Assembly: GCF_006345805.1 (NCBI RefSeq)
Contig: NC_042997.1
Coordinates: forward strand, 70,060,001-70,124,000
DNA from: Octopus sinensis
Taxonomy: Eukaryota
Direction of reading: 5' to 3'
DNA: 64,000 bases
Shown here: positions 41,481 through 54,877 of the stretch, in pieces
Layout: each line of letters opens with the position of its first letter
Numbering within the stretch: position 1 is the stretch's first letter
Made by a program: the position numbers and the translations under genes
The notes under the pieces: generated by a model
Told to the model about the DNA's origin: nothing
What the model saw: the letters and a program-made list of their open reading frames with translations, nothing else
Database searches by the model: none

Positions 41481-42959
41481 AATTTGCCCTGTTTATATAG
41501 CCATTACATAAAATATATTTATTACATTATACCTTGATTTTGTGTGAACTACCCTTTCACATAACGCTGATATTAGAGTGTTAAACAGTTACGGTATGTA
41601 GCTAATGGATTTTTGTTTAGTGTGTAAACAGATTGGTTGCTTATTTCCCTGGTTATTGGTTACAATGTGAAACACATCTCTGATGAGAACACAATAAGGT
41701 TCGAAAATCAATTAAGTCACTTCAGTTTTTGCAATCTACGGAGAAATAGTAAAATTTGCCCCATTTATACATTTACTACATTGATTGCATACATACGCAC
41801 ACAAGCACACACATGCACACAAACACACTCACGCACACAAACACACACACATGAGTGTGTGTGTTTGTCTGTGTGACTGGGCGGGGAATATCTGTTAGAA
41901 TTCTAATTATATTTCAATGTCATTAAATGCCACCGTACTTATGAATAATTCCAAGATATGTACTTGTCCATTTCGCACGCGTGCGTACTTTTCTACCTCT
42001 CCCTTTCTCTCTCCCTCTCTCTTTATCTCTTTCTCTCCCTGTGTTTGTGTGTGTGTGTGAACTTGCGTGTGTTTATACATGCTATATTTGAGATATGTAC
42101 TGGTTTTTAATAATAACATAAGAACTTCCATTAATTGAATGACATGGTTGCGTCTAGTGGACTTGACAACAATAAGGATGAACTACAAGTTGAACGTCTG
42201 GAAGATTTTCACTGTCCTGCTGGAAAATTAGTCCTGAAGCTTTGAACACACACACATACACATACACATACACATATATGTGGACTTAGGACTGATATTT
42301 GCAACTTTGTATGTAAACGTCTATTTATTTGCATGCATGAATCTGCACATTCCTATGCCCATACACGCACACACTCATGTACATACACGCACGCGCGCAT
42401 ATGAACACATACACGTCCCAAAAGAAATAGGCGGCAGACGGACCGATAATTTTATATACGCATATATTTAGTGTAATGCACGTATACTTGGATTATCTAT
42501 GTCATGCAGTTACTTTAAGGTATACTAAATTAGGTTCATATAATATTCCTATGTACATGTTTTAATGTATATGTATCTGTGTGTGTTTAAGTTTTATTAA
42601 TGCCTGCGTGTTTCGAATATTCTTATCTTCGTTAAAAGATGATTCAGGGAAGATATTACTTCATATATATCGACTTTGTGTAGAATTAATTGGCCTGAAA
42701 CTTCTTAGCTTCAAGTAGCAGACCTCTTCTAGATTCAGTACTCCAGTTATTCCAAAAGCGATTGCATACTGGCTTTTCTCTCTCTTCTGCATGAATTGAC
42801 ATTATTTAAACCACCACCATCAGACACACACACTCACACACATACACATACATGCATCCACATGCATCCACATAACCCGACATGGTTGCAATCATATACC
42901 TCATAGAACAACCGGGTAATTGAAGCACCGTCAACAACGACAAGATAATCAACAACAGA

Positions 42960-43313
42960 ATTCTTAAACTGTTGTTGTAACCACCAAAACCAGCACCACC
43001 ATTATTGACGCAGCCATTATCAGTGCCACGACGACGGCGACTACAACCACGAACACCACTACCACCACCACCACCGCCATCAATAGCAGCAGTAACAATA
43101 ACAGCACCAGCATTATATTCACTGCCACAAATGCAACCATCACTATAACCACCACAACGAGTAACGTCATCACCATCATCACAACCAACACCGTGACTAC
43201 AACCACTACAATACCTCCCCTATTACCATCACCAACTTCACAACACCTCCAAAACTACTACCACCGCCGCCACCACCACCACTACCACCACCACCACCAC
43301 TACCACCATCAAC

Positions 43314-43345
<32 letters not shown>

Positions 43346-43800
43346 CACCACCATCACTGCCTCAAATTTATAAATAAAGATATCACTTCAACCAGTAAGA
43401 TCACTGCCGTCAATACCATCACAACCACCACCACAACCAACACTACACTACCTGCATCAAATACAACATAGCACTCACCCTGCTAGCAACCCTCATTATA
43501 CTCATATTCACTTCCAGCCTCCCCAATGGTATAACCATCACTGCAGCCAACTCCGCCTTCACCGTTGCAGTCATCACTGTTTGCACTATTACCATCAAAA
43601 CCATTAACATTGTCAGTAAAAAAACATTTTTCCAACCAGCTCTTCGTCATTATTACATCAAAGCGACCACGACTAGTACTACAACTAGAGCGACTCTTCA
43701 ATTAACAATACAATCATTATTACCCAACATACAAGACCACTACGACCACTAAAAACCTGCAGAATAGCAACAACTATTGCGACTGCAATCATCTCCTCTA
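42960..43800. repeat. (ACC/CAA/CAC)n low-complexity tract
   Basis: Directly visible degenerate trinucleotide runs. Confidence 0.9.
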
Positions 43801-43819
43801 CCTTAAATACAGCCCATAG

Positions 43820-46132
43820 CACTGATCAATGAAATAAAATGTATTATACTCATTATGAATGCAAACCAACTTTTTTAGCCTGATTTTTCATGCTGATTTC
43901 AAAATTTCACTCTATTTGTATGCAGCACGTATCAGTTTTTCAGTAGATACATGCAAATATTTACATATTTATATATATGAAATCATTAATGTAATAAATA
44001 AGGACATTATTTGTAGAAAATAAATGAGTTTATTGAGTTAAAAATCATCACTATCATTCTACAAAGAGTGAATATACAAAACATGGGACAGACAAAACAA
44101 AGTTAGAACATCAAAGTTAGAAACATTGTGATTTGGATTTTCTGCAATGTCCTGTTCTTGTTGATCACGGTAAAGTGTCCAGCAGTAGTCAGACAGCATA
44201 CTGTCATTCCAGAAGTCTTGGTATCGTTTCTCCATAGCACTAATGTCCCGGTCAAATCGTTCACCATGTTCATCAGACACTGCTCCAAGGTTATCTACGA
44301 AGAAATACAGATGAGAGTCCAAGAAGTGACCTTTCAGTGACATACGATAACCCAATGCTGAGTAACATTTCAGAGGATTCTTGATGCCATCCTTGTAGTC
44401 CTTGCCTTCTTGTTGCCCAAGAAATTCTCACAGATCTAGTTGAAAGCATTCCAGGCAGGCAGTTCCAGTTCATCCAGTGTTGTCTTTGATTACTTCTCTA
44501 ATTTGGGGTCCGACAAAGATACCCTCTTTCAACTTCGCTTGTGATTTTGGGAAACTTTTCTACAATATACTCAAACCGTCTGGCATTTCTCTTCCCTAGT
44601 GTCTTTGCAAACTGTTTCATCAAAGTTTTATGTGCAAAGGAGGTAATGGGACATTACATGGATCTACAAGAGATGTATTTTTGATGCTAGACAGTCCTGG
44701 CTGATATGATGCTCTTGTCTGCCAGTATGATTCCAAATAATGTCTTTCAGTCGCCCGACTATCCAATAGGCACAAGGAACAACAGTATCTTGTAAAACCT
44801 GACTGCTTTCCCATTAACATTCCAATGGCTTTTAAATCGCCACATATTTTCCATGAGTATCTTGCATAGGCAATGGCATGAAGTAAATGTTCCATATTCA
44901 CATGATTCATGAAGATGAACGGAGTGTGCGATAGGAATGGAGTGCTTCAAATTACCATTATAGAGAAGTACAGCTTTTAAACTTCGTTTTGAAGAGTCAA
45001 TAAAGAAACGCCACTCTGTAGGATCATGATTTTGTGATAAACATTCGGAAAGTCCATCGATGTTACTGCAAACGCAAAGCGAGCCTTCAACAGAAATACA
45101 CGTTTGTTTGCCGAAAATAAGTTATACGAACACCGTACTCTAATAGATACTTCTTCAGCCTTGATACCAAGAGTTCTGCTTTATCTGTTGAGAGGGATAG
45201 CTCTCTGACAAGGTCATTCAGTTCAGCTTAGGAAAATTTCTAAGGTTCAAGCTATCGTCAAAGCTACGTAAGCTTTCTTAGCAGCACTATCGTGACAGTC
45301 AGCATCATCATCTGATGTTTCAATACTATCATCTGGTGGGACTGGAATTGGCAGACTTCAATTGTGAGGCACAGGCCTTATTGCAGAATTCAAATTAGGA
45401 TACACGATTTTGTGTTTATTCTTTATAGAAAAATCCTGTGACATTTACTTTGCAAAAATTAGAACAGTCATTAGAATAGTCTTTCGGCTCCCTTCATATC
45501 ATTGGAATGGCAAAAGGCATGGACTTCTTCATATTATTGAACTAGTCACGTAAACCATTTGAGCAAGATGAGCAGATAAAATGTGGTGCCCATAACTTGT
45601 CCTGATCTCCAAGAGAACAGTCAAATTATAGCTTATAAATCTACTCGATCTCTGGCGTTATTGTACGTTTTTGAGCTTCCGCAATAAATTGTCCACACAT
45701 TACAAAACACACCAGGACGACCTCTACACTGTTTTGATATTGTTAACACTGAAAACAAGTAAGGAAATAGATACAAACGGTTATACTTATATTGAATTTG
45801 AGATGATGAAATATTTTATCAAATGACTGAACAATTTGAATGTTGAAATACCTATTTCATCAGACAAAACTAATTTGGTTAATTTAAGATGATGAAATAT
45901 TGCATTTGAACTATGCAGCAATGAATAATGTAGTTTATTTTAAAGGTATGTTTCCATGATGTAAATGAAATGCATGCATACACATCATTAATTGGAATTT
46001 CCATATAACGCATGAGCTAAAACCCAAACACTTTCTCATCTTGAAAACTGTACGTAGATTTGAAATCAGCATTAAAAACTACACTCAGAACACCTTGATA
46101 TATGCTTGATGAAAAATAATTGTTGACCAGTG
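43820..46132 (-). mobile_element. Full-length decayed Chapaev3-type (CMC superfamily) DNA transposon
   Basis: Termini CACTGATCAA and TTGACCAGTG with subterminal ATGCTGATTTCAAA in inverted orientation. Peptides FCNVCGQFI, LGDQDKLWAPHFIC, CGDLKAIGMLMGKQSGFTRYCCSLCLLDSRA, LPPLHIKL and MSLKGHFLDSHL..NLGAVSDEHGERF..DYCW. Confidence 0.85.
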
Positions 46133-46289
46133 CAATCAGTGCTTAAAAAACTTTGGATAATATTGTTCGTCATATACAAAAAAAAAGAAGAAAAAAGTCA
46201 ACGATCGAATGACTTTGATGAATATATCTGTTCGATTAGAGCTAGTTTGGGGCTACAAAACAACAACAACAAAAATTGTTGTAAATGAC

Positions 46290-46615
46290 ATGATTTCGCG
46301 TTAAGTTCCACTGCGTGGCAGCTTGGGCGAGTGTCTTCCTCTATAGCCCGGGGCCAAGCCTTCAGAGTGGATTTAGTGGATTTAGTACACAGTGATAGCA
46401 AGGAACTTGTCATATATGAGTGTGCCTGTGTTTGTGTTTGTCCTACAGCATCACTTGACAGCCGGTATTGTTTAGTTTAATTCCCAAAAATATAGCTGTT
46501 CGACAAAATAGACGTTAGAATAAGTACCACTCTTAAAAAAAAATAAACACTGTTGTCGATTTATTCGATTAGACCCAAGGGTATTGCGGGCAGTTTCCGT
46601 CTACCCAGATTCTCT
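46290..46615 (+). mobile_element. Decayed SINE (long family) plus a short inverted fragment
   Basis: CCACTGCGTGGCAGCTTGGGCGAGTGTCTTC..., CTTGACAGCCGG, AGAATAAGTACC. Confidence 0.7.
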
Positions 46616-46770
46616 TATCTTGAATGGGTCGACTAGATGTAATAGAAAATTACACTTATCCAAAACCACGCAGCGGAATTGATACCAGGACCACATATTT
46701 GCCAAACGACTTTTATGACCATTCGAAAGTACTGCGTTTGAACACACAGATACAAGAACACACACACACA

Positions 46771-46815
<45 letters not shown>

Positions 46816-47768
46816 CACACACATACCCACGGACGCAATTTGTGAATGTTTATGTATTTATGAAGACGGTTTGTGATATGATCAAATGAAATGCATGTTT
46901 ACATCAAATATTTCACATAAACGACCATAGTTTTCTAGTCGAGAGCACCTTGTTATTCAGAGATTCATGGTCGTGCACTTTGGACATTCCTCAGAAGGTG
47001 ACGGGTGGCTACTAGAACAGATGCTTCTTTTTCTAAATTGTAGTTAATCACTGCTGTTGAGCGTATTGTTCATTGGTTTACCTTGAGCAGAATATAGTGT
47101 CCTATGAAGACACTTTTTATTCAAGTATTTGCATTTGTTTTGTCTAGCTTAATAATTAATTTTTCATTGGGTTTAAGGGGCAATAGTTTTGACGAAGATA
47201 AATATTATTTATTACACAAATTACAGAACTGAATAGCTGGTGCACTTATTTTGAAAGTGTACTAGATGGGCTAAAATTGTCATTGTTGTGACTTTTCTGT
47301 TCAGTTTTCCTTTTTCGTCAGAATTACTGATAGTCTTGAGCAAATGTCTCCTACCATGGAACATGACACCAGATGAACTAAAGCCCTGTGCATGAATTTT
47401 GGTCGACGAAAACTGTACAAATCACTTGAATCAACACGATCACGCGCATGCATGTGTTGGTTTGTCTCCTATCATTTCTCAGCCAATACTGATTTGTTTA
47501 CATCTATGTAACTTAGCATATGACAAAATCTGACTGATATAATAGCTGCCAGATTTCAAAAAGATATTGTGTGTCAATTTTCGTCACGTAAGATACATCA
47601 AATTGGGTTTTTTTTTTTTTAGTTTTTCTGAATTTGATTGGCGGTTTACTGACCTACAAAGATGGATAGCGATGTTAAAAGACTGACAGCCCCTGCAAGG
47701 ATTAAAAACTGGTGATAGAAGAGTGGAAACATGTGCAGAAATAATCATTTGCAAGTACGCAGTAAGTT

Positions 47769-47850
47769 AAAACTCTCGTTTGTCAAATGTGCTTCAAAAA
47801 TGGCAGATCTGCAACGGGACTGAATAGTCATCTGAGAGGTCATGGATGGC
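47769..47850 (+). mobile_element. Single C2H2-spaced finger, probably an RTE LINE C-terminal remnant
   Basis: KTLVCQMCFKNGRSATGLNSHLRGH (C-x2-C-x12-H-x3-H). The GLxSHxR motif is typical of RTE ends. An in-frame TAA lies two codons upstream. Confidence 0.45.
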
Positions 47851-48764
47851 AAGTCAGAAATACCACTGACAACGAGAAATCACAACGAAACGGGTACCAA
47901 TTGCGAAGATAGAGAAATCACCATGTATGTATGTATGTATGTATGTATGTATGTATGAATGTATGTATGCATGTATGCATGTATATATGTATGATTGTAT
48001 GTATATACATGTAAAGATATATACTACCACATACAGACATGTATGTATGAATATACATATATGCGTATATACATATATACACATATATGTGTGTGCGTAT
48101 GTGTGTGCGTCTGTGAGCCTCCATGAGTGTGTCCGTGTATGTGCGCGTGTCCGCAATGTGTGTTCGTGTGTGCGTGTGTGTGTACATATACACTTACTAT
48201 AAAGCAAAATGAAATCACATGAACATGTAATCGAAAGATAGTCGACTAGATTATTCGCAGAAAGGCTGAGTTTGTACCACAGTAGATTTATATTATGATA
48301 TACTATAAAATTCCTATACTTGCAGCGTGAATATTTCTTTTGTGACATTCATGACTTTATCAATGTTTCATTTAGTTATAAGAAATTAATAAAATTACTT
48401 AAGTGCAAAATCGAAACTAATCTACGGATTCTAGCTGTAACTCAGGGGCTCTCAATCTTTTAACATCGCTATACATCTTCTCAAAGCACTAAACCGTCAT
48501 ACTAATTCTGAAAAATTACTAAAATCAATATTATCTATCTTCCTTGAAGAAAATATTCTTGACTGCTCATTTATAGAAAAAAAAATTGACCAAATCATTT
48601 TACTTGTGGTTTAGAATTAGTATTTTACTATTCATGAAATTTTTCAAATGTAATGGATTTTGTCATGATCCTAACGGTATCATAAAGCTTTTGAAAATAT
48701 TTAGTTTAGGCATTCCGAAGAGCCTAATACGTTTAGACGAGGATGGAGTTCCTGTCTACCATAG

Positions 48765-48935
48765 GCAGAAATATTGGCAGTTTGGGTTGGGGTGGTATTG
48801 ATCGATTTCATCAACCTTATACTTATCTTATAGACCCCAAAAGAGGTGACATGCAAAGTCGACCCCCGGCGCTGGTTAAACTCAGAGCATAAAGCCAGAA
48901 GAAATGACACTAAGCAGCCTGTCCATCGTGCTTAG
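48765..48935 (-). mobile_element. Decayed SINE, short family
   Basis: Reverse complement contains GGGTCGACTTTGCATGTCACCTCTTTTGGGGTCTATAAGATAAGTA. Confidence 0.7.
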
Positions 48936-49162
48936 ATTTTTCCAGCTCACCATTTTTTTTTTATGAGAATAGATCGATTTTATATATGATCTATAACAGT
49001 GTCTAACATTTTAATTTCTTTTTTATTTCTCTTTGGTCGTAGGTGTTATTTCCTATTTGCTTCTATCTATTCACAGGAATTAACTACTGTTTCCGTCAAA
49101 CTTTTGTTTGGTGACCTGGACATTAATGTTTTGAAACTGACCTATTTTCCTTTACATTTCAG

Positions 49163-49204
49163 ATAGTTGCAAGGCTGAGTTGCTGAAGCAGAAATATCGC
49201 CAAA
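49163..49204 (+). other. Candidate internal exon, 42 nt, phase 1-1
   Basis: Acceptor TTTTCCTTTACATTTCAG and donor GTAAAT. One open frame: SCKAELLKQKYRQ. Confidence 0.25.
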
Positions 49205-50437
49205 GTAAATATTCTTCTCAGTCCCACAGACTTGTTCGGCAATTGCTTGACCTTACCACTTGAGTATGTTCCTTAGTGGCTGACATGATGTGCATCCCTG
49301 ACCATGAGCAGCAGTAGTGGGGGAGCATCATGCTCATGCATTGAGAGGAATTTTGGTCGGGTTTGAATAAATGTAATAAAAGCAATGTTTGAATGAAATA
49401 GTAGCCACTTTTCATACTTGCTAGGGATAGCCAAATAGGAAATAACATTGTGTTAGGAACATAAAGAAATGGAAGTACCCTCGTAAGCGGATTTATATTG
49501 TGTGAAGGGCCAAAAAATGTAATTACTATATTGCATACAGTTAAACATTTTTGTTAAAAAAGGAGACATCAACATAAAAACACCATCCACATCGACAACA
49601 ATATAAAGTAACGAAACATCTATTGCCTTAACATCAAAATTAGCCTGCAGATAATAAACACAAACATATTCATCATGATTCATTCAATATCACTCCTAAA
49701 ACTTAATCTTATTACTCATAATCTTCAAACTCCCTCATCAAACATTCACTATCAGAAACCCATCAGAAAGCCACTTCAATTAACCGTTTCTTTTATACGT
49801 ACACACATACATACATACATACACACATACATACATACATACAACATACATACATACATACATACATGCATACATACATACATACATACATACATACATA
49901 CATACCTACCTACATACATGATTGCATGCATACATGCATACATACATCATACATACATACATACATACATACATACATACATACATACATACATACATAC
50001 ATACATACATACATACATGAATGCATGCATGCGTTCATATATTTGTATGAAAAGTCGATTAGGAGAATCATTATGTATATATTCACTAATAGCATAGCGT
50101 TAAGTGGAATGAGAACATACGATGTAGAAAAGCTAATTATGAAACCACCATTACACTTTGAAATACTTATTTGAGTTAAGGACGAAACACGCGTTCGAGT
50201 TAATCTGAAGTATCCCTCATATGCTAAGTATGAAAATGTGTGTACACATCACCCATATATACTCTGGAGTGCAGCAGCACAATTACATACAAATACATAT
50301 ACATATAGACACACACTCAATCATACACATATATCTATATATATATATATATATAGATATATATATATATATACATATATACATATATGTACCATATATA
50401 TATATACATATATACATACATATATGTACAATATATA

Positions 50438-50491
<54 letters not shown>

Positions 50492-50519
50492 ATAATCATA
50501 TGATTGGACACCACGCATC

Positions 50520-51110
50520 CATTTCCAAGTAAGTTTATCTTAATAATTTTGATTCTACTCTACCCTGTACTGTTCTCATTCTTCCTATCTCTAATTCTTT
50601 TTTCTCCCCTTCGCCGTTTTCTTTCTCTCTCTCTCCCTTCTCCTGTACCCTCTTTCGTTGCTCACACGTGACCATCGTCCATCTTACTTTTCCTCGCGTG
50701 ATCATCTATCTCTTCTTTCAGTCTGTCTTACAAATCAGTCGCATTCTTATCGGTCTCCTCTTCTATTTTTTCTCTTGTCAAAGACAATATTTCTCCAGCG
50801 TTCGCTACCTTATCACGTCTGACTTAACAGCCCACCGTGTTTGTTTTCGTTTGGGTTGTTGTATGTCTCCACTGTCCTGTTTTTGTTACCAACTTTTATT
50901 TTTGTTCGCGGGAGCAACTGCCTTTCGAAGCCTCATATCGCCGTTAATTGCTCGAAATGAGGAGTAGATAGACAGCCGACAACTGATAAAGGGTCGTTCT
51001 CTATGTTAGTCGTCTTATTTTCTATTCGTTTTTCTCGTTGTTCGCATACCCAATTTTGTCTACGTATTTCATATTGTTTACGTTATTTCACGTCCTGCAC
51101 CCATGTATGC
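50520..51110 (+). mobile_element. Pyrimidine-rich repeat of the pLTR-like family
   Basis: Ends CGAAAT..GAGTAGAT..CAACTGATAAAGGG..GTCCTGCACCCATGTATG, parallel to the reverse complement of 20940-21115 (CGAAAC..GAGTAGAT..CGACTGAAGAAGGG..GTCCTGTACTCATATATG). Confidence 0.45.
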
Positions 51111-51122
51111 ATATATGCATAT

Positions 51123-51175
<53 letters not shown>

Positions 51176-51185
51176 ATATATATAT

Positions 51186-51471
51186 CGAAAAGTCGATAGA
51201 TATAACATGTTAGCTTGGGAGGTAAAGCAGTTGTGGACGCTGAAAAAGGTGGTAGTAGTACCAATAAATGTCGGAGCCCTGGGAACAGTGACTAAAAGTC
51301 TTGTAAAGTACATGGAACAAATAGGGGCTGCAATAAGCGTGGAGCACTTGCAGAAAAGAGTACTGCTTGTAACCGCTCGAATACTCCGGAAGGTGTTAAC
51401 TTAGTTCACTGGTAATGAACAGCAGACACCATAGTACATCTCCAGCGTTAGAAACTGTGCAAAGGCAATTG
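51186..51471 (+). mobile_element. R4/Dong-like LINE 3' end (RLE domain C-terminus)
   Basis: RKVDRYNMLAWEVKQLWTLKKVVVVPINVGALGTV..LQKRVLLVTARILRKVLT*, a short UTR, then (TAA)n. Confidence 0.85.
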
Positions 51472-51539
51472 TAATAATAATAATAATAATATAATAATAA
51501 TAATAATAATATAATAATAATAATAATAACAATAATAAT

Positions 51540-52044
51540 GATTGGAAGTGTTGTCATGTACATTGTTTTGTCTTGGTATAAAAAATGGGCTACAGCAAAT
51601 ATTCTGCTCAATACCACAGATTTGCTTGTCACTTGTTTGGCCTTAACCAGTTGACCATGTCCCTTAGTGGCTGACGATATGTGCATCTCCGATCATGAGC
51701 AGAAGTGGTGGGGGAGCATCATAGCCGTCGGTTGAAAGGAATTCTTAGAGGTTTGGATAAATCACCTTTGGAAATATGGTAGGTTCGTTCAACATCCTTA
51801 AACAATCCTTATTCAGGGACCTTTTGAGCGGGATAGGCTACTCGACCAGAAGAAAATTCTAACTGGGCCCCATATGCAATGTCATGTGCTATTTATCTTG
51901 ATATGAGATCACCATGTCGCGCACATGTGGTTGTGTTGCATGTATCTGGTGTGCCCTTATCAGACGGTTAGTCATGATGGGTATAATGGACTTCGTATAT
52001 TTTACCCCAGTGTCACTTTGATGGCATGCACTTCTCTCTCATTC
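51540..52044. mobile_element. (AAT)n-associated non-coding element 'X'
   Basis: Flanked by (AAT)n on both sides; colinear with 52310-52844 and 25672-26025. Confidence 0.85.
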
Positions 52045-52103
<59 letters not shown>

Positions 52104-52108
<5 letters not shown>

Positions 52109-52296
52109 AAAACACAACAAATAAAACACATATAACATACAGAAAATTGCACTACTAGGCACTGCACACACTCTACGCAGAACACTTTCAATACAATAAC
52201 CATCAGAGCATCACAACAAATCACAGCACATACCCAAGGCACACAGAGCTGCGCTCGGTAGTGAAATGAAAGCACCCTATAAAAATAAAACTACTG
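52104..52296 (+). mobile_element. R4/Dong-like LINE extreme 3' end (second family)
   Basis: YNIQKIALLGTAHTLRRTLSIQ*, then a UTR ending CTACTG(AAT)n; the UTR matches 54751-54877. Confidence 0.85.
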
Positions 52297-52309
52297 AATA
52301 ATAATAATA

Positions 52310-52844
52310 GTATGCAATGCCAGGCAGTGGCTCTCGTGGCTGCTGATCTTAACTGATTGGAAGTGTTATCATATACTTGGTATAAAAGATGGGCTACAGC
52401 AAATATTCTGCTCAATACCATAGGTTTCCTTGTCACTTGTTTGACCTTAACCAGTTGAGCATGTCCCTTAGTGGCTGATATGTGCATCTCTGATCATGAG
52501 CAGAAGTAGTGGGGGCGCATCATAGCCATGTGTTGAGAGGGATTCTCTGGAGTTTTAATAATTCACCTCTGGAAACATGTGTGTTTCGTTGAACATCCTT
52601 AAACAACCCTTATTCAGGGACCTTTTGAGCGGGATGGATTACTCGACCAGAAGAAAATTCTAACTGGGTTCCACCTGCAAGGTCATGTGCTGTTTATCTT
52701 GATATGAGATCACCATGTCTGCATATATGGTTGTGATGCATGTGACTAATGTACCCTTATTAGATGGGTTGTCATGATGAGTATACTGGGCTTCGTGCAT
52801 TTTACCCTAGTGTCACTTTAATGGCATGCACTGCTCTCTTGCTC
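52310..52844. mobile_element. (AAT)n-associated non-coding element 'X', longest copy
   Basis: About 50 nt longer on the left (CCAGGCAGTGGCTCTCGTGGCTGCTGATC); same right end as the 51540 copy. Confidence 0.85.
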
Positions 52845-52852
52845 AATAATAA

Positions 52853-52920
<68 letters not shown>

Positions 52921-52928
52921 TAATAATA

Positions 52929-54877
52929 AATCTGACATAGAAAGGTTATATGTGCAACGTATAGAAGGGAGTAGAGGCCTTATACGGCTAGAAAACTATT
53001 AACAAATGACCACTATAGGACTACAAAAGTACCTACTTCACAAGCAAGGAAAACTAATACAAATAGCCACAAAACACAAACAAAACAAAAATACTGTTTT
53101 CAGTCTTTAACGAAGCTGACAAATTCAAACATGAAGTCATACTACCTAACAACTATGAACAAAAAGAAGAAACAAATGAAATCCAAACTAAAATAAGAAA
53201 GGCAATAGATCATGATAAAACGATGGCAAGAAAAGACCCTTCATGGCAAATACTGGATTGAACTAAATGCAAAAGTTATACACAAAGCAAAATCCCAACA
53301 GTGGTTGAGAAGCTCAGGATTAAAAGCAGAGACTGAAGGATTTTTAATTGCAGCACAAGATCATCAAAGCCTCCCCTCCAGAAATTATCAAAAACATATG
53401 ATAAAAAGAAACAGAACAACTAACTGCAGAATATGTGGAGATGGACAAGAAACAATAAATCATATTGTTTCTGGCTACCCAATTCTGGCTAAGGAGGAAT
53501 ATATTCACAGACATACAGAGATGAGACCCACATACACTGGAAGCTATGCCAACACTATATGGAATAACAATAGAAAAAGATGGTATAGGCACACGCTAGA
53601 AAAGCTCACAGAAAATGAGAAAGCAACAATACTACAGGATATGTCAATACACACACATATAGAGAAATTAAGGCCAATAGGCCAGATAGAGTTGTCAGAG
53701 ATCATCAAGAAAAAAAATGCTTTCTAATTGATGTATCAATACCAGCAGATGACAACGTTTCTCTTAAAGAAATGGAGGAACTTTCAAACCTGGAAATAGA
53801 GGTAACTCGAATGTGGAGTCTAAAAACAATTCCTATCATAGTGGGCGCATTAGGTATGATAAAAAAGGATTCAGATAAATACATAACAAAAGCACCAGGG
53901 CTAACAAATATATATAGCATACAGAAAATAGCACTACTAATCACCGGACACACATATATATATAAAACTCAACTTGTGTGTCTGTGTGTTTAACTTCCCG
54001 GCACATCTCCTCCTAGCCAACAAATCGTAGAACCACCAAAAATGGGTCACGAATGAAAATTGAACTGCGCTATTTCTGTTCCGAAATTCATCTCGCAAGT
54101 CCAAAAATCGATAATGTGTTTGTTTAGGCCTTATCCCATGCATTGAATAGTGAACTTTGCTCAGTCAGCTGTTTGACGTAAACTGTGTTCACCACGCGTG
54201 CAAGCATACGTAAATTGCATGAAAAATAAAAAATCAAGATATAAAAACGAATCGCCGTAAACATTGTAGAAATTCGGCAAATGAATTTTCGGGATGTAGC
54301 CTGGAGGGTGTTTTCGTATTAATATATATATATATATATATCTATATATATATATATATATATATCTATATATATATATATATATATCTATATATATATA
54401 TATATATATCATATATATATATATGTATGTATGTGTATATATATATATGTATATATACATATATACATATATATATATATGAGAGTATGATAGAAAAAGG
54501 CTAACTCTTCCTTCCGTAGAAGAAAAAATTCAAATCGGACCATGTTAACACCAAAAATTATTTACGTCAAAAAGGTGCCTTTTTTCTATGAAAATCCCTA
54601 TTTTTTACGATGTTTTGACTGCTGTGTCACCATTTTTCGGAGTATTTCACTTAAAGAGAATAACAAACTACATGCTGCCAAATTTTTACTTTTCAAAAAT
54701 TCCAATTCTAAAGGGTCTAATCAAACCGCAACGCCGGGCGATACTGCTAGTCCTACCCTAAAACACGTTCAATACAGTAACTATAAGAGCATCACAACAA
54801 ACTAAAGCACATACCCAAGGCACTCAGAGCTGCGCTCAATAGTGCAGTGAAAGCACGTTATAAAACTAAGCCTACTG
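52929..54877 (+). mobile_element. R4/Dong-like LINE 3' ~1.15 kb, interrupted by a Helitron
   Basis: KSDIERLYVQRIEGSRGL, SSGLKAETEGFLIAAQD, the zinc-knuckle region CRICGDGQETINHIVSG, and the RLE motifs LIDVSIP..IPIIVGALG..IQKIALL. The sequence resumes at 54751. Confidence 0.9.
53955..54750 (+). mobile_element. Non-autonomous Helitron (composite, with an internal TA expansion)
   Basis: Ends GCAACGCCGGGCGATACTGCTAG|T as at 13273, and is inserted at an A|T in the LINE with no TSD. Confidence 0.85.

Noticed and set aside
42960-43800. Mucin-like Thr/His-rich coding region
   Set aside because: Low-complexity ACC/CAA repeats with frequent stops and no splice support.
52310-52360. HDV-like ribozyme at the left end of element X
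   Set aside because: CTCTCGTGGC recalls the P3/L3 region, but I could not place P2, P1.1 or J4/2 by hand.
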